A stretch of 64,000 nucleotides of DNA from Candidatus Nealsonbacteria bacterium (GCA_026016225.1 CP061210.1:2000-65999); one strand, 5' to 3'; numbered from the stretch's first letter, positions 1-7,226 are shown. Notes: a model not told the origin generated them from the letters alone. Translations and numbers: made by a program.

Positions 1-674
1 CGTGGCGAACCAGCTTTACACAGTGAACACTCTGAAGGATCAACTGCCCACATTCCTTTCTCGATTAAAGATATAACCTTGATTTTTTCATCGTCAATTT
101 CGTAATCTATTGGTAATTTGGGTGGGCGGTGAACTAAAACGCCAACAATTGGTAGAAAATTAACCTGTTCAGAGTTTCCCTCTCTTACTGCTCGTCGGAC
201 TTCTTTAAAGGTACCGCTGGTGGTGATAAGTTCCTCGACTTGTAAAACCTTAGCTTTAGCTGGGATAGTCATTCTTTTCCAGAGCATTCGTTTTTTCTCT
301 GGATTGATAGGATCTTTTTCTGTAAATCCGTGGATTGCCCCAAGAGCTTTCGCCACTTCGTAAGAAAAGGTTATATCAGCGTATGCTGACCCAATCACCC
401 AATCTACTTTTCCTATTCCCTTTTCTCGTAATAAGCGAACTAGTTGTAGAGCCAGAATCTCGTTAAGGTTAGGGTATTTCAGAACCTCGGGACAATTGAC
501 ATAACCATTGCTGCACATTCCAGAAGTCAGTTCAGCATGGGGTTTTTTAGGATCGCCATCGTGAAGCCAGAAAGCATCGCAGAGATCAAACCAATGAAGA
601 ATTTCTTCTTCTGTTAGGACTTTCGTATCGAAAGCCCTCGGATTAAGCCCAATTATTTCCTTTATATTTTCCAT
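1..674 (-). CDS. phosphoribosyltransferase-family protein (PyrE-like), C-terminus cut by window edge
   Basis: Own translation from ATG at 674-672; absent from the ORF track because there is no stop in the window. Sequence: MENIKEIIGLNPRAF...KVLQVEELITTSGTFKEVRRAV. The hydrophobic/acidic run followed by TTSGT resembles the PRPP-binding loop of type I PRTases. SD TAAGGAGGTG lies on the minus strand at 681-690. Confidence 0.55.
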   Translation of the reverse strand, partial: MENIKEIIGLNPRAFDTKVLTEEEILHWFDLCDAFWLHDGDPKKPHAELTSGMCSNGYVNCPEVLKYPNLNEILALQLVRLLREKGIGKVDWVIGSAYADITFSYEVAKALGAIHGFTEKDPINPEKKRMLWKRMTIPAKAKVLQVEELITTSGTFKEVRRAVREGNSEQVNFLPIVGVLVHRPPKLPIDYEIDDEKIKVISLIEKGMWAVDPSECSLCKAGSP

Positions 675-802
675 TTTTTCCACCTCCTTACATTAAACAA
701 TTTAATTATTAAGGAGCTATCTTTTCTGATTTTAAAGTTTAACAGAGTTTTTACAAAAGTCAAACCCGAGAGAAAAACTCTCGGATTTTTTAAAAATCGG
801 GA

Positions 803-925
803 CTCCCGTAGTCGGTCTCGAACCAAAATTTGAAGGAAAAATTGGGCGATTTTGAGGGTTCTAAATAACGCCCCTCTGTCCGCCTCAGTTTTAAACTTCG
901 GCGAGATAAATCGGGGCTATTTTTA
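803..925 (-). repeat. conserved non-coding element R, copy 1 (candidate structured RNA)
   Basis: Aligns with 1780-1903. Near-identical blocks at 805-824 and 879-918. Sits between the stop of the VIT1-like gene and a hairpin at 765-784. No conserved ORF. Confidence 0.5.
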
Positions 926-945
926 GCTAAAATAAGACAACAGGT

Positions 946-1668
946 TTATTTCATAATAAAAGAGTTAACAAAAACACCAATAACATAACCTGCTAACGTT
1001 GCTATACTTGCTAAGATAAACATTTCAAACCCTGATTTCCACCACCGGCGCTTCGTAAACTTTGTAGTTATGGATCCAAGCACAAATAGGCCAATAAGTG
1101 TAATTGTTATAGAGATTATCATGGCTAATGAAACTGGCAAAAAAAGATACGGCAAAACGGGTAAACTTCCACCAATTATATAAGAAAAAAACATAAAGAT
1201 TCCACTATGTATCGGCTTTTCTGGAACGCCGAGATTAGTGAAAAGTTCTCTATGCATCATTTCTTTCAAAAACAAGGATTTATTTTTGGAAGCTACTAAT
1301 GCCATTTCTTTTGCAAGAGTTAATGGCCAGCCATCTCTCGTATACATCTTAATTAATTCTTTCCTTTCTTCTTCAGGACCCTCTTCAATCTCTATTTTTT
1401 CTTCTTCCAATTTCCGTTCATTGACTTCTTTTACAGATTTAGTTGAAAGATATGAACCAATTCCCATAGATATTGCTTCAACTATGACAATTACGAAACC
1501 AGACAAGATAATGAAAAAGTGATTGTTACTACCGGCCGCGATACCAGTTAATGCCCCAAGAGTCGAAAGCATACCATCCTCTATACCAAATACTATTTCA
1601 CGAATGTTATATAAAAATTTAGATTTCTTATAGTGAATAAAGTTTGCTCTTATTTTTATTCTTTGCAT
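946..1668 (-). CDS. VIT1/CCC1-family iron/manganese transporter
   Basis: 240 aa. N-terminal cytosolic REIVFGIEDGMLSTLGALTGIA, SMGIGSYLS motif, acidic central helix and C-terminal TM helices are typical of the VIT1 family. Confidence 0.8.
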   Translation of the reverse strand: MQRIKIRANFIHYKKSKFLYNIREIVFGIEDGMLSTLGALTGIAAGSNNHFFIILSGFVIVIVEAISMGIGSYLSTKSVKEVNERKLEEEKIEIEEGPEEERKELIKMYTRDGWPLTLAKEMALVASKNKSLFLKEMMHRELFTNLGVPEKPIHSGIFMFFSYIIGGSLPVLPYLFLPVSLAMIISITITLIGLFVLGSITTKFTKRRWWKSGFEMFILASIATLAGYVIGVFVNSFIMK

Positions 1669-1698
1669 AATTTTTATATTCTTAACAATTTCATTCTA

Positions 1699-1729
1699 CC
1701 AAAAAATCGCTCATTTAGCGATTTTTTAC
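1699..1729 (-). terminator. intrinsic terminator hairpin (bidirectional shape) followed by a TGGTAGAAT promoter-like box
   Basis: Minus sense reads AAAAAATCGCTAAATGAGCGATTTTTTGGTAGAATGAAA. The AATCGC/GCGATT stem is flanked by an A-run and a T-run. Confidence 0.55.
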
Positions 1730-1779
1730 TTATATCCATTTCGGGTCGTCCTATCGCCATAGGCCTCTCGGTCGCTTGC

Positions 1780-1903
1780 TACCGTAGTCGGTCTCAAACC
1801 TGACTTTCAGGAACAAATTTAGGGACTTTTAGGGGTATCTCATAATGCTTCTCGGTCCGCCTCCGTTTTAAACTTCGGCGAGATAAATCGAGGCTGTTTT
1901 GAA
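1780..1903 (-). repeat. conserved non-coding element R, copy 2
   Basis: Aligns with 803-925 (blocks at 1782-1800 and 1857-1896). Sits between the stop of the 155-aa ORF and the terminator at 1699-1729. Confidence 0.5.
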
Positions 1904-1924
1904 CGATAAGACAAATAAAAATTC

Positions 1925-2392
1925 TTATCTTCCCCACCTAAACAAATTTCTAATCCAGCCGAACACTCCTTTGGTGCTTTTCTCTCTACTTGCTAATTGT
2001 TGAAGTCTTACCTGCTCTTGTTCTACATTTTGAACCTGCTCTTGTATCATTGCTTTAACCTCTTCGCCACAAGAGCATTCTTCTCTCAACCGTTTAAGTT
2101 CTTGAATTCTCTGTTGATTTTGGTTTAGCTCTCGCTCCATGTCTTCAGCAGCATTCTTATCTCCACCCATAAAAAATCTGACAAAAACATTCCTTTTCTG
2201 TATTTTTTCCTCAGCTATTATCGTCGCTTGAACAGAATTGTTGAATTCGCGAGCAATCTGGGAAACTTGAGGACCGATGCCCGTGGCTAAATCCTCGATG
2301 GCAAGTAAAGCATGTACTGCTTCTCTGGCTTGATTTTGATTCTGGTATACTTTTTTCTGAATATTGCTTAACCCCTGCATCTCTTGGTTCAT
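1925..2392 (-). CDS. hypothetical Q/E-rich coiled-coil protein
   Basis: 155-aa ORF, co-directional and 3 nt from the upstream ORF. Heptad-like Q/E/R-rich sequence with no recognisable domain. Confidence 0.55.
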   Translation of the reverse strand: MNQEMQGLSNIQKKVYQNQNQAREAVHALLAIEDLATGIGPQVSQIAREFNNSVQATIIAEEKIQKRNVFVRFFMGGDKNAAEDMERELNQNQQRIQELKRLREECSCGEEVKAMIQEQVQNVEQEQVRLQQLASREKSTKGVFGWIRNLFRWGR

Positions 2393-2395
2393 TTC

Positions 2396-2737
2396 CTACT
2401 TCCTTTGCTGCACCATTTCTCTTGCTTCATTCATAGTGCGAGCCCTTTGTGGACTTTCCAAGATAAAGGTCTGCCCGCCCGGTCCTTGTCCTGTTTCCTC
2501 TCTTTCCTGAACTCGTTCTTCCTCTCTTGTTTGTGTTTGCTGTTCTTCACCGCGATTTTGAGTTTCCTGCTCTGTTTGTATCTGCTGACTCTGACCTGTT
2601 TCTTGACCTTTTTCAGAATCTTCTACCCTTGCACCAGTATCCTGAGCTCCTTTTGGAGCAGCGTCTTTTGGTCCAGTAGCAATTACCACTGAGCCAAATA
2701 GAGCAAAAATTAAAAATGAAATAATTATTTTTTTCAT
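2396..2737 (-). CDS. hypothetical secreted low-complexity protein
   Basis: 113 aa. Signal-peptide-like MKKIIISFLIFALFGSVVIA followed by a Q/E/T-rich region. Confidence 0.5.
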   Translation of the reverse strand: MKKIIISFLIFALFGSVVIATGPKDAAPKGAQDTGARVEDSEKGQETGQSQQIQTEQETQNRGEEQQTQTREEERVQEREETGQGPGGQTFILESPQRARTMNEAREMVQQRK

Positions 2738-2909
2738 ATATAAAAATTTAGAAATTATGGGTCTCGACCTTTTGTGTTTTATTATACCATAAAAACCGCA
2801 TTGGGGTAGTTTTTATTTATACCCCCTCGGTCGCCCTAACGGGATAGGCCCCTCGATGAAAATGGTGGAAAATGGTCTTCGTTCACTACCAAAAAACTGC
2901 AGATATTAG

Positions 2910-3524
2910 TTATTTGCAGTCTTCCGGACAAGTTTCTTTTGTCTCAAAACAAGGACAGCCAAGAGCCATGCAGACAAACTCCTGGCATATGCCGTCACCG
3001 CACATGTCCTTGCAGAATCTTTCTCCTTTCTGGCATTCTCCCCGGAAAAAGTCCCACTGGCCGCACTCTGAGCCGTCTTCAAATATGCAAAATCCCTTCT
3101 GCCCCGCCTCAACCATTCTGTGTTCTAAAACGCCTCCCTGCTCTTCGCAAAAAACCGAAGCTCGATTGGCAAACATGGGTATCTCTTCAAAAACAGGCGG
3201 CTCTTCTGTTGGCGCCTGTCTGTTCAAATAATAAACAGCAGGGACAATCAAAAGAGCGCAAAGAAGGAATAAGCTTAAGGCATGGACGTAAGAAAACTTT
3301 TGGAAATTAAAGAAATTCCAAAATAAGGCTTTTTTGGCTTTTAACTCAGCTACCCTGTCTAATAATTTAGCTCTTAGTTTTGCTTTGAAGGCTTCGTCAA
3401 TCTCAACATCGGGCTTTGCCATTAAAAGCTTTTCAATTAGCTTCTCCATCTCATTTTGGTGCTTTCTCAAGCTCCTATCTATGAGATAGAGATCTTCTAA
3501 GATTTCTTTAACTCTTTTATCCAT
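2910..3524 (-). CDS. putative anti-sigma factor (single-pass membrane protein with DUF333-like, Cys-rich ectodomain)
   Basis: Overlaps the ECF sigma gene by 8 nt. Cytosolic N-terminal helix and one TM (ALSLFLLCALLIVPAVYYL). The segment FCEEQGGVLEHRMVEAGQKGFCIFEDGSECGQWDFFRGEC resembles DUF333. C-terminal tail is Cys-rich (CGDGICQEFVC...CPEDC). Confidence 0.6.
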   Translation of the reverse strand: MDKRVKEILEDLYLIDRSLRKHQNEMEKLIEKLLMAKPDVEIDEAFKAKLRAKLLDRVAELKAKKALFWNFFNFQKFSYVHALSLFLLCALLIVPAVYYLNRQAPTEEPPVFEEIPMFANRASVFCEEQGGVLEHRMVEAGQKGFCIFEDGSECGQWDFFRGECQKGERFCKDMCGDGICQEFVCMALGCPCFETKETCPEDCK

Positions 3525-4059
3525 AGATGCTTAATAGGATTAATAATAAAACTATTTCTTCTTTGAGTTTTCCTATGGTCCTGGAGAAAATCATCTTGCA
3601 GTTTGCCTCGCTCTTTCCCGTAATTTCAGCAATCTCTTTGTAAGACAAGCCGTCCCAAACCCTCATCAAGACAATCTCTCTCTGGTCTTTTTTAATCTTT
3701 TTCAGATAATTCTCCGCTTCCCTTAACCTGTCTCTGTACTCAATATCCAGGCTGGGATCTTTGCCCAAGCCCCAAACTTCAGAAATATCAAGCTCGCTTT
3801 TTCTGGTTCGATAATGATCAATTACTTTATTTCGGGCAATGCAGTAAATCCAGGCAGAAAAGGTTCCTCTGCCGAGGTCAAAGCCTTGAATCTTCTCCAG
3901 GGCCTTAATAAAAGTCTGGCTGGTAATATCTTCTGCTGTTTCTTTGTGCCCGGTCCTGTAGTAAATGAACCTGTATATTTTCTTAAAATAACTATCGTAG
4001 AGTTTTTCAAACTCCTTCAGGTTTCCTTTTTTGCATTGCTCAATGATTTCCTGTTCCAT
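3517..4059 (-). CDS. ECF-type RNA polymerase sigma-70 family factor
   Basis: 180 aa. Region 2 (LYDSYFKKIYRFIYYRTGHKETAEDITSQTFIKA) and region 4 HTH (LSYKEIAEITGKSEANCKMIFSRTIGKLK). Confidence 0.85.
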   Translation of the reverse strand: MEQEIIEQCKKGNLKEFEKLYDSYFKKIYRFIYYRTGHKETAEDITSQTFIKALEKIQGFDLGRGTFSAWIYCIARNKVIDHYRTRKSELDISEVWGLGKDPSLDIEYRDRLREAENYLKKIKKDQREIVLMRVWDGLSYKEIAEITGKSEANCKMIFSRTIGKLKEEIVLLLILLSIYG

Positions 4060-4085
4060 TAGTGTATTCTACACGATCTCAGAGT

Positions 4086-4114
4086 AAAAAGCAGGGCCAA
4101 GAACCCTGCTTTTT
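4086..4114 (-). terminator. intrinsic terminator after the I42-like gene
   Basis: AAAAAGCAGGG-ccaagaa-CCCTGCTTTTT, a perfect 7-bp GC-rich stem flanked by A and T runs. Confidence 0.65.
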
Positions 4115-4120
4115 ACAATC

Positions 4121-4702
4121 CTACTTAATTACCACTTTGTAAATTAGGGTTTTAATCGGTTCCTCCTCCCAGGATCTCCCGTAAGAAAACTTTATTTCTG
4201 TCTCTCCCTTCTTCAGGGCAAGGAATTCGAAAGATTCCTGTCCTCCGGCACCAACCGGAACCTCCATTTCTGACTCTTCCGGGTTCTCAATTCCTATAAC
4301 TCCTCCATCGATTTGATCCTGCGCCCATTGTTCTCTAACCTGATTGCTATCAATAATGTCTCTTGCACCATCGGGAAGATCCTCGGTCTGAATTTCTCCA
4401 TCTCTGGAAGCCATAACAGATTCAACCATTGCATTTCTTGAAAAGGTTGGCTCCTGAACAATATAGTTTCTGTCAACCAATTCAATAAACCCTTCATCAA
4501 ACTCCACTGTCCACTGATAGCCGGTAGTGGGATTGGCCTCCAAGACTATTCCAAAGTCCTCGCCAACCTCCTTTTCTATTGTTTGAATGCCGGCGTCTTT
4601 TGTGTTTTCTGCTGCTGGAGCAACGATATAATGGCTTGCTCCGTAGCTTACACCGACAACAATAAGCAATGAAATAAAGACGGTAATGATTAACTTTAAC
4701 AT
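4121..4702 (-). CDS. chagasin-family (I42) peptidase inhibitor-like secreted protein
   Basis: 193 aa. N-terminal TM/signal, the NPTTGYQW motif and C-terminal GGQESFEFLALKKGETEIKFSY are typical of inhibitor I42. Has an acidic ~60-aa insertion. Confidence 0.65.
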   Translation of the reverse strand: MLKLIITVFISLLIVVGVSYGASHYIVAPAAENTKDAGIQTIEKEVGEDFGIVLEANPTTGYQWTVEFDEGFIELVDRNYIVQEPTFSRNAMVESVMASRDGEIQTEDLPDGARDIIDSNQVREQWAQDQIDGGVIGIENPEESEMEVPVGAGGQESFEFLALKKGETEIKFSYGRSWEEEPIKTLIYKVVIK

Positions 4703-4776
4703 GTTTTTTTAATAATTAATTATATATCTTAACGACCTTTCTACTTAATATAACGATGGGGAGAAAGAAAGGTAAC

Positions 4777-4808
4777 AAAAAAACCGCCTGCTTGAGGAGA
4801 CGGCGGCT
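4777..4808 (-). terminator. intrinsic terminator
   Basis: Minus sense CCGCC-gtctcctcaagca-GGCGG followed by TTTTTTT, downstream of the 48-aa ORF. Confidence 0.5.
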
Positions 4809-4847
4809 GAAATTTGCTTCGGGGACTGAACAATATTAGAACCTGTT

Positions 4848-4994
4848 TTATGACTTTTTCTCAGGTATGAAATAAATAAACCATACAAACCAAACCAACC
4901 AAATGGCTTCTGAAAAATTTCCACTTAAAAGTCCTTGGATACCCCTTATCCCCATAAATCCGAGAAATCCTAACATCCAATTTTCTCTCATCAT
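4848..4994 (-). CDS. small hydrophobic protein (48 aa), below the ORF-track cutoff
   Basis: Own translation: MMRENWMLGFLGFMGIRGIQGLLSGNFSEAIWLVWFVWFIYFIPEKKS. Two predicted TM segments. Preceded by a terminator/TGGTAGAAT module at 5042-5078. Confidence 0.4.
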   Translation of the reverse strand: MMRENWMLGFLGFMGIRGIQGLLSGNFSEAIWLVWFVWFIYFIPEKKS

Positions 4995-5135
4995 AAAAAT
5001 TTTAATTTTAAATTTAATTAAAATATTTCAGACCTTTCGTTTTCATTCTACCAAAAAATCGCCTTCTTGGCGATTTCTAAATGTGGCTCGGTCTCTCGAA
5101 AACCTCACAGTTTGGCTCCGGGGATAGTACAATAT

Positions 5136-5172
5136 ACAAACCACTACGCTGTAATTCCTTCGGAATTAAGAG
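5136..5172 (+). repeat. GCGAAGC-hairpin repeat family, truncated copy F
   Basis: CAAACCACTACGCTGTAATTCCTTCGGAATTAAGAG. Hairpin TAATTCC-TTC-GGAATTA. Confidence 0.55.
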
Positions 5173-5294
5173 AACTTGGTTTTGGGAGAGATTTCCAGTG
5201 ATTGAACCAATTAAATGCTTTTCTGTTTAGCTCCAGAGGACGATGTTAGAACCTGTTTTACACAAACCCATCACTATACATAAGACTCAGTTCA

Positions 5295-5930
5295 TTACTT
5301 TTTTTGCCTTAAGCTAAAAATCAAATGAGAAAAGAATGATTTTATAGTGCAGAAACCCTTAAAATAGTGCCAGACTCTTTTGTCTTCTCCAATCTTTCGG
5401 ACAAGGATAAAGTTTTTTATTGGAGTTTTGATAATTTTGTAGTTTTTCTTATTGTTCTTTATCCAAGAAATTACATATTGAGTAGACCTCATCCATGCAT
5501 CATGAAAAAGGACATAACCTTTGTTATTTAGCAATAAATCAATGTAATAAAAATCAACAAATATAACATCAAATTTATGTCCCCCATCAATAAAGGCAAA
5601 ATCTACTTTTACACCCCCCTTTAGTAATTTTGGTAAAACATTGTGTGATGAATCATTTTCAAATATGAGGAATTTCTTTAATTTCAACTTTTCTATATTT
5701 TTTATCCCAATATTGGAATAAGTTCCTTGAAACGCATCGATCACATAATGCTGACTTTTTGTCGCAGAAATTATATACGCTGTTGAACATCCATACGCAA
5801 AACCAACTTCAAGTGTTTTCTTAATTTTATTCTTTTTAAGAAAATTATAAATATATTTACCCTCTTTCTCAGTAATTGAAACTGCTTTCTTCTCTTCTGG
5901 TATTCCTAATTGTTGATAAATTTTATCCAC
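5295..5930 (-). CDS. class I SAM-dependent methyltransferase (O-methyltransferase-like)
   Basis: 211 aa. Motif I-like LEVGFAYGCSTAYI, then DFAFIDGGHKFD and GYVLFHDAWM, as in Methyltransf_24/CmcI-like enzymes. Confidence 0.65.
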   Translation of the reverse strand: MDKIYQQLGIPEEKKAVSITEKEGKYIYNFLKKNKIKKTLEVGFAYGCSTAYIISATKSQHYVIDAFQGTYSNIGIKNIEKLKLKKFLIFENDSSHNVLPKLLKGGVKVDFAFIDGGHKFDVIFVDFYYIDLLLNNKGYVLFHDAWMRSTQYVISWIKNNKKNYKIIKTPIKNFILVRKIGEDKRVWHYFKGFCTIKSFFSHLIFSLRQKK

Positions 5931-6056
5931 AAATACTTTAATTAAAAGTTAGTTTATCAAATTTTTGTTTATATGCTCTAATTTTATCACTAATAAATTC
6001 TAGTGTCTAATTCGATATCAAAAAATGGCTTAACAAAGCCATTTCTGGACCCTAGC

Positions 6057-6389
6057 TCCGGCGGCAGGATTCGAACCTGCAACCTAGTGCTTACACATTA
6101 TCCTAGTGTTTCCACTAGGGGTGGACTATCTCATCTCCAAGACATAGAAGTCTTACGGAGCGGGGCGCTTCCCCATCCAGAAATAAAATATTCTGGACTA
6201 GTACTCCCTTCCGGGATAGTCTCTGAACCTTCCATGAACCCTACGGTTCAGGGCTTGGCTGCGGATTACCATATTTTAACTTTTCTTAAAACTTAGGCTT
6301 CCCGCAATTCACCCCGTTTTTCAACCTCGATTTCTCGAAGAAGCTGCGATATTTCACAGGCACCCGCGCTACCATTGCGCCACGCCGGA
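6057..6389 (-). tRNA. tRNA-Asn(GUU) interrupted by a group I intron in the anticodon loop
   Basis: Exon 1 (6389-6356): TCCGGCG TG GCGC AATGGTA GCGC G GGTGC CTGT. Exon 2 (6094-6057): TAA GCACT AGGTT GCAGG TTCGAAT CCTGC CGCCGGA G. The joined loop is CTGTTAA. U1-A72 plus G73 and UCCG...CGGAG ends match bacterial tRNA-Asn. CCA is not encoded. Confidence 0.8.
6095..6355 (-). ncRNA. group I intron (IC3-like, tRNA-type), ~261 nt
   Basis: Core strings on the minus strand: TATGGTAATCCGCAGCCAAGCCC (6251-6270 region), GGAAGGTTCAGAGACTA (6217-6233) and GAGATAGTCC. From memory these match conserved P4-P6/J6-7/P7 segments of the Anabaena tRNA-Leu and Azoarcus tRNA-Ile introns. The 5' exon ends in U paired to G (CCTGT/GCGGG); the intron ends in G. 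Confidence 0.8.
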
Positions 6390-6393
6390 ATGT

Positions 6394-7065
6394 TTATTTT
6401 TTGAAAACCCCTGAAATCCAACCCATTATTCTTCGATGTAAATTTACATCACTTATTTTTATTCTAAACACCCCATAACGATGTTTCACTTTCCTTAATC
6501 TATGAGGATTATTCTTAGCAATATAGGTTTTTGTAAATTGTTTAAGAGGAATCTTGGTTATTTTCGACCAATATTTTTTTGCTTCTATTCTATTGAGATT
6601 ATCATGAATATATAAACTTCCCCTTAATCTCTTTTCAGAAACCTTACAGAATTCCCGAAGCCAGTTAGCCATAAATTTAATAGCTTTTGGGTCAGAATTG
6701 GTGATGGAAACATCTCCATCTGTTTTACCTCCCTCTCCATAATATAAGGATATCCCCGCTATAAATCTATCGTGCTTTGAAATATTCCCTACTTCTTTTT
6801 TACCTTTTGCTATTAATTTACGAGTTAACTCCTCCCTCTCTCTTTGTTTTTTCTTGGCTCCAATAATACTTCCTTTAAGAGCACCTGTCCTTTTGTTCAA
6901 ATATAGTCTTTCCAATTGTTTTCTACTTAACTGAATATCGCGCACCCATAAACTCACAGAAGATCTTGAAACACCCAATCTCTTCTGAATTGTTTTAACT
7001 GATAAGCCTTTCTTTCGTAGTTCTCTAGCTTTCAATTTTAACTTCAGTTTTCCTGCGTAACCCAT
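6394..7065 (-). CDS. HTH + LAGLIDADG-like homing-endonuclease family protein (free-standing)
   Basis: 223 aa. N-terminal HTH (LSVKTIQKRLGVSRSSVSLWVRD). Single LAGLIDADG-like motif FIAGISLYYGEGGKTDGDVSITNSDPKAIKFMANWL. Ends 4 nt before the tRNA-Asn 5' end. Confidence 0.55.
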   Translation of the reverse strand: MGYAGKLKLKLKARELRKKGLSVKTIQKRLGVSRSSVSLWVRDIQLSRKQLERLYLNKRTGALKGSIIGAKKKQREREELTRKLIAKGKKEVGNISKHDRFIAGISLYYGEGGKTDGDVSITNSDPKAIKFMANWLREFCKVSEKRLRGSLYIHDNLNRIEAKKYWSKITKIPLKQFTKTYIAKNNPHRLRKVKHRYGVFRIKISDVNLHRRIMGWISGVFKK

Positions 7066-7226
7066 TATTTAATTCTTTCATTCTGAACCCTGAATGTCAA
7101 GCTATATAACCTTTGTTCTACTATTAGATTATTGTGTAATATATAACTTCTAGTTTAATATAATCTAAATTTTAAAATTTGTGAAGTCTTCTGTATAAAA
7201 TGTTATTTTCTCCCTCAAATACCAAC

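Noticed and set aside
803-925. tRNA- or tmRNA-like reading of element R (GGTTCGAGACC T-loop-like string on the minus strand)
   Set aside because: The flanking bases form at most a 4-bp T-stem. There is no acceptor stem, D-arm or tag reading frame. It is reported only as an unclassified conserved element.
2872-3310. Plus-strand ORFs 2872-3231 and 2939-3310, and minus-strand 2906-3112
   Set aside because: These are antisense or alternative-frame shadows of the anti-sigma gene's relatively GC-rich, Cys-rich tail. They have no independent support.
4903-5127. 74-aa plus-strand ORF
   Set aside because: It is low-complexity and runs antisense across the better-supported 48-aa minus-strand ORF and through a terminator/promoter module. 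It has no RBS or motifs.
6003-6296. 97-aa plus-strand ORF
   Set aside because: It overlaps the tRNA-Asn 3' exon and the group I intron core on the opposite strand. The sequence is explained by the structured RNA.
6057-6389. Alternative identities for the split tRNA: Thr(UGU) via splice sites CCT|...AATG|, or His(GUG)
   Set aside because: His would require a 5' exon ending in G, which is atypical for group I introns. Thr remains formally possible. However, U1-A72, G73 and the UCCG...CGGAG ends, plus the loop CUGUUAA, match bacterial tRNA-Asn. Asn is preferred, with the junction left to experiment.
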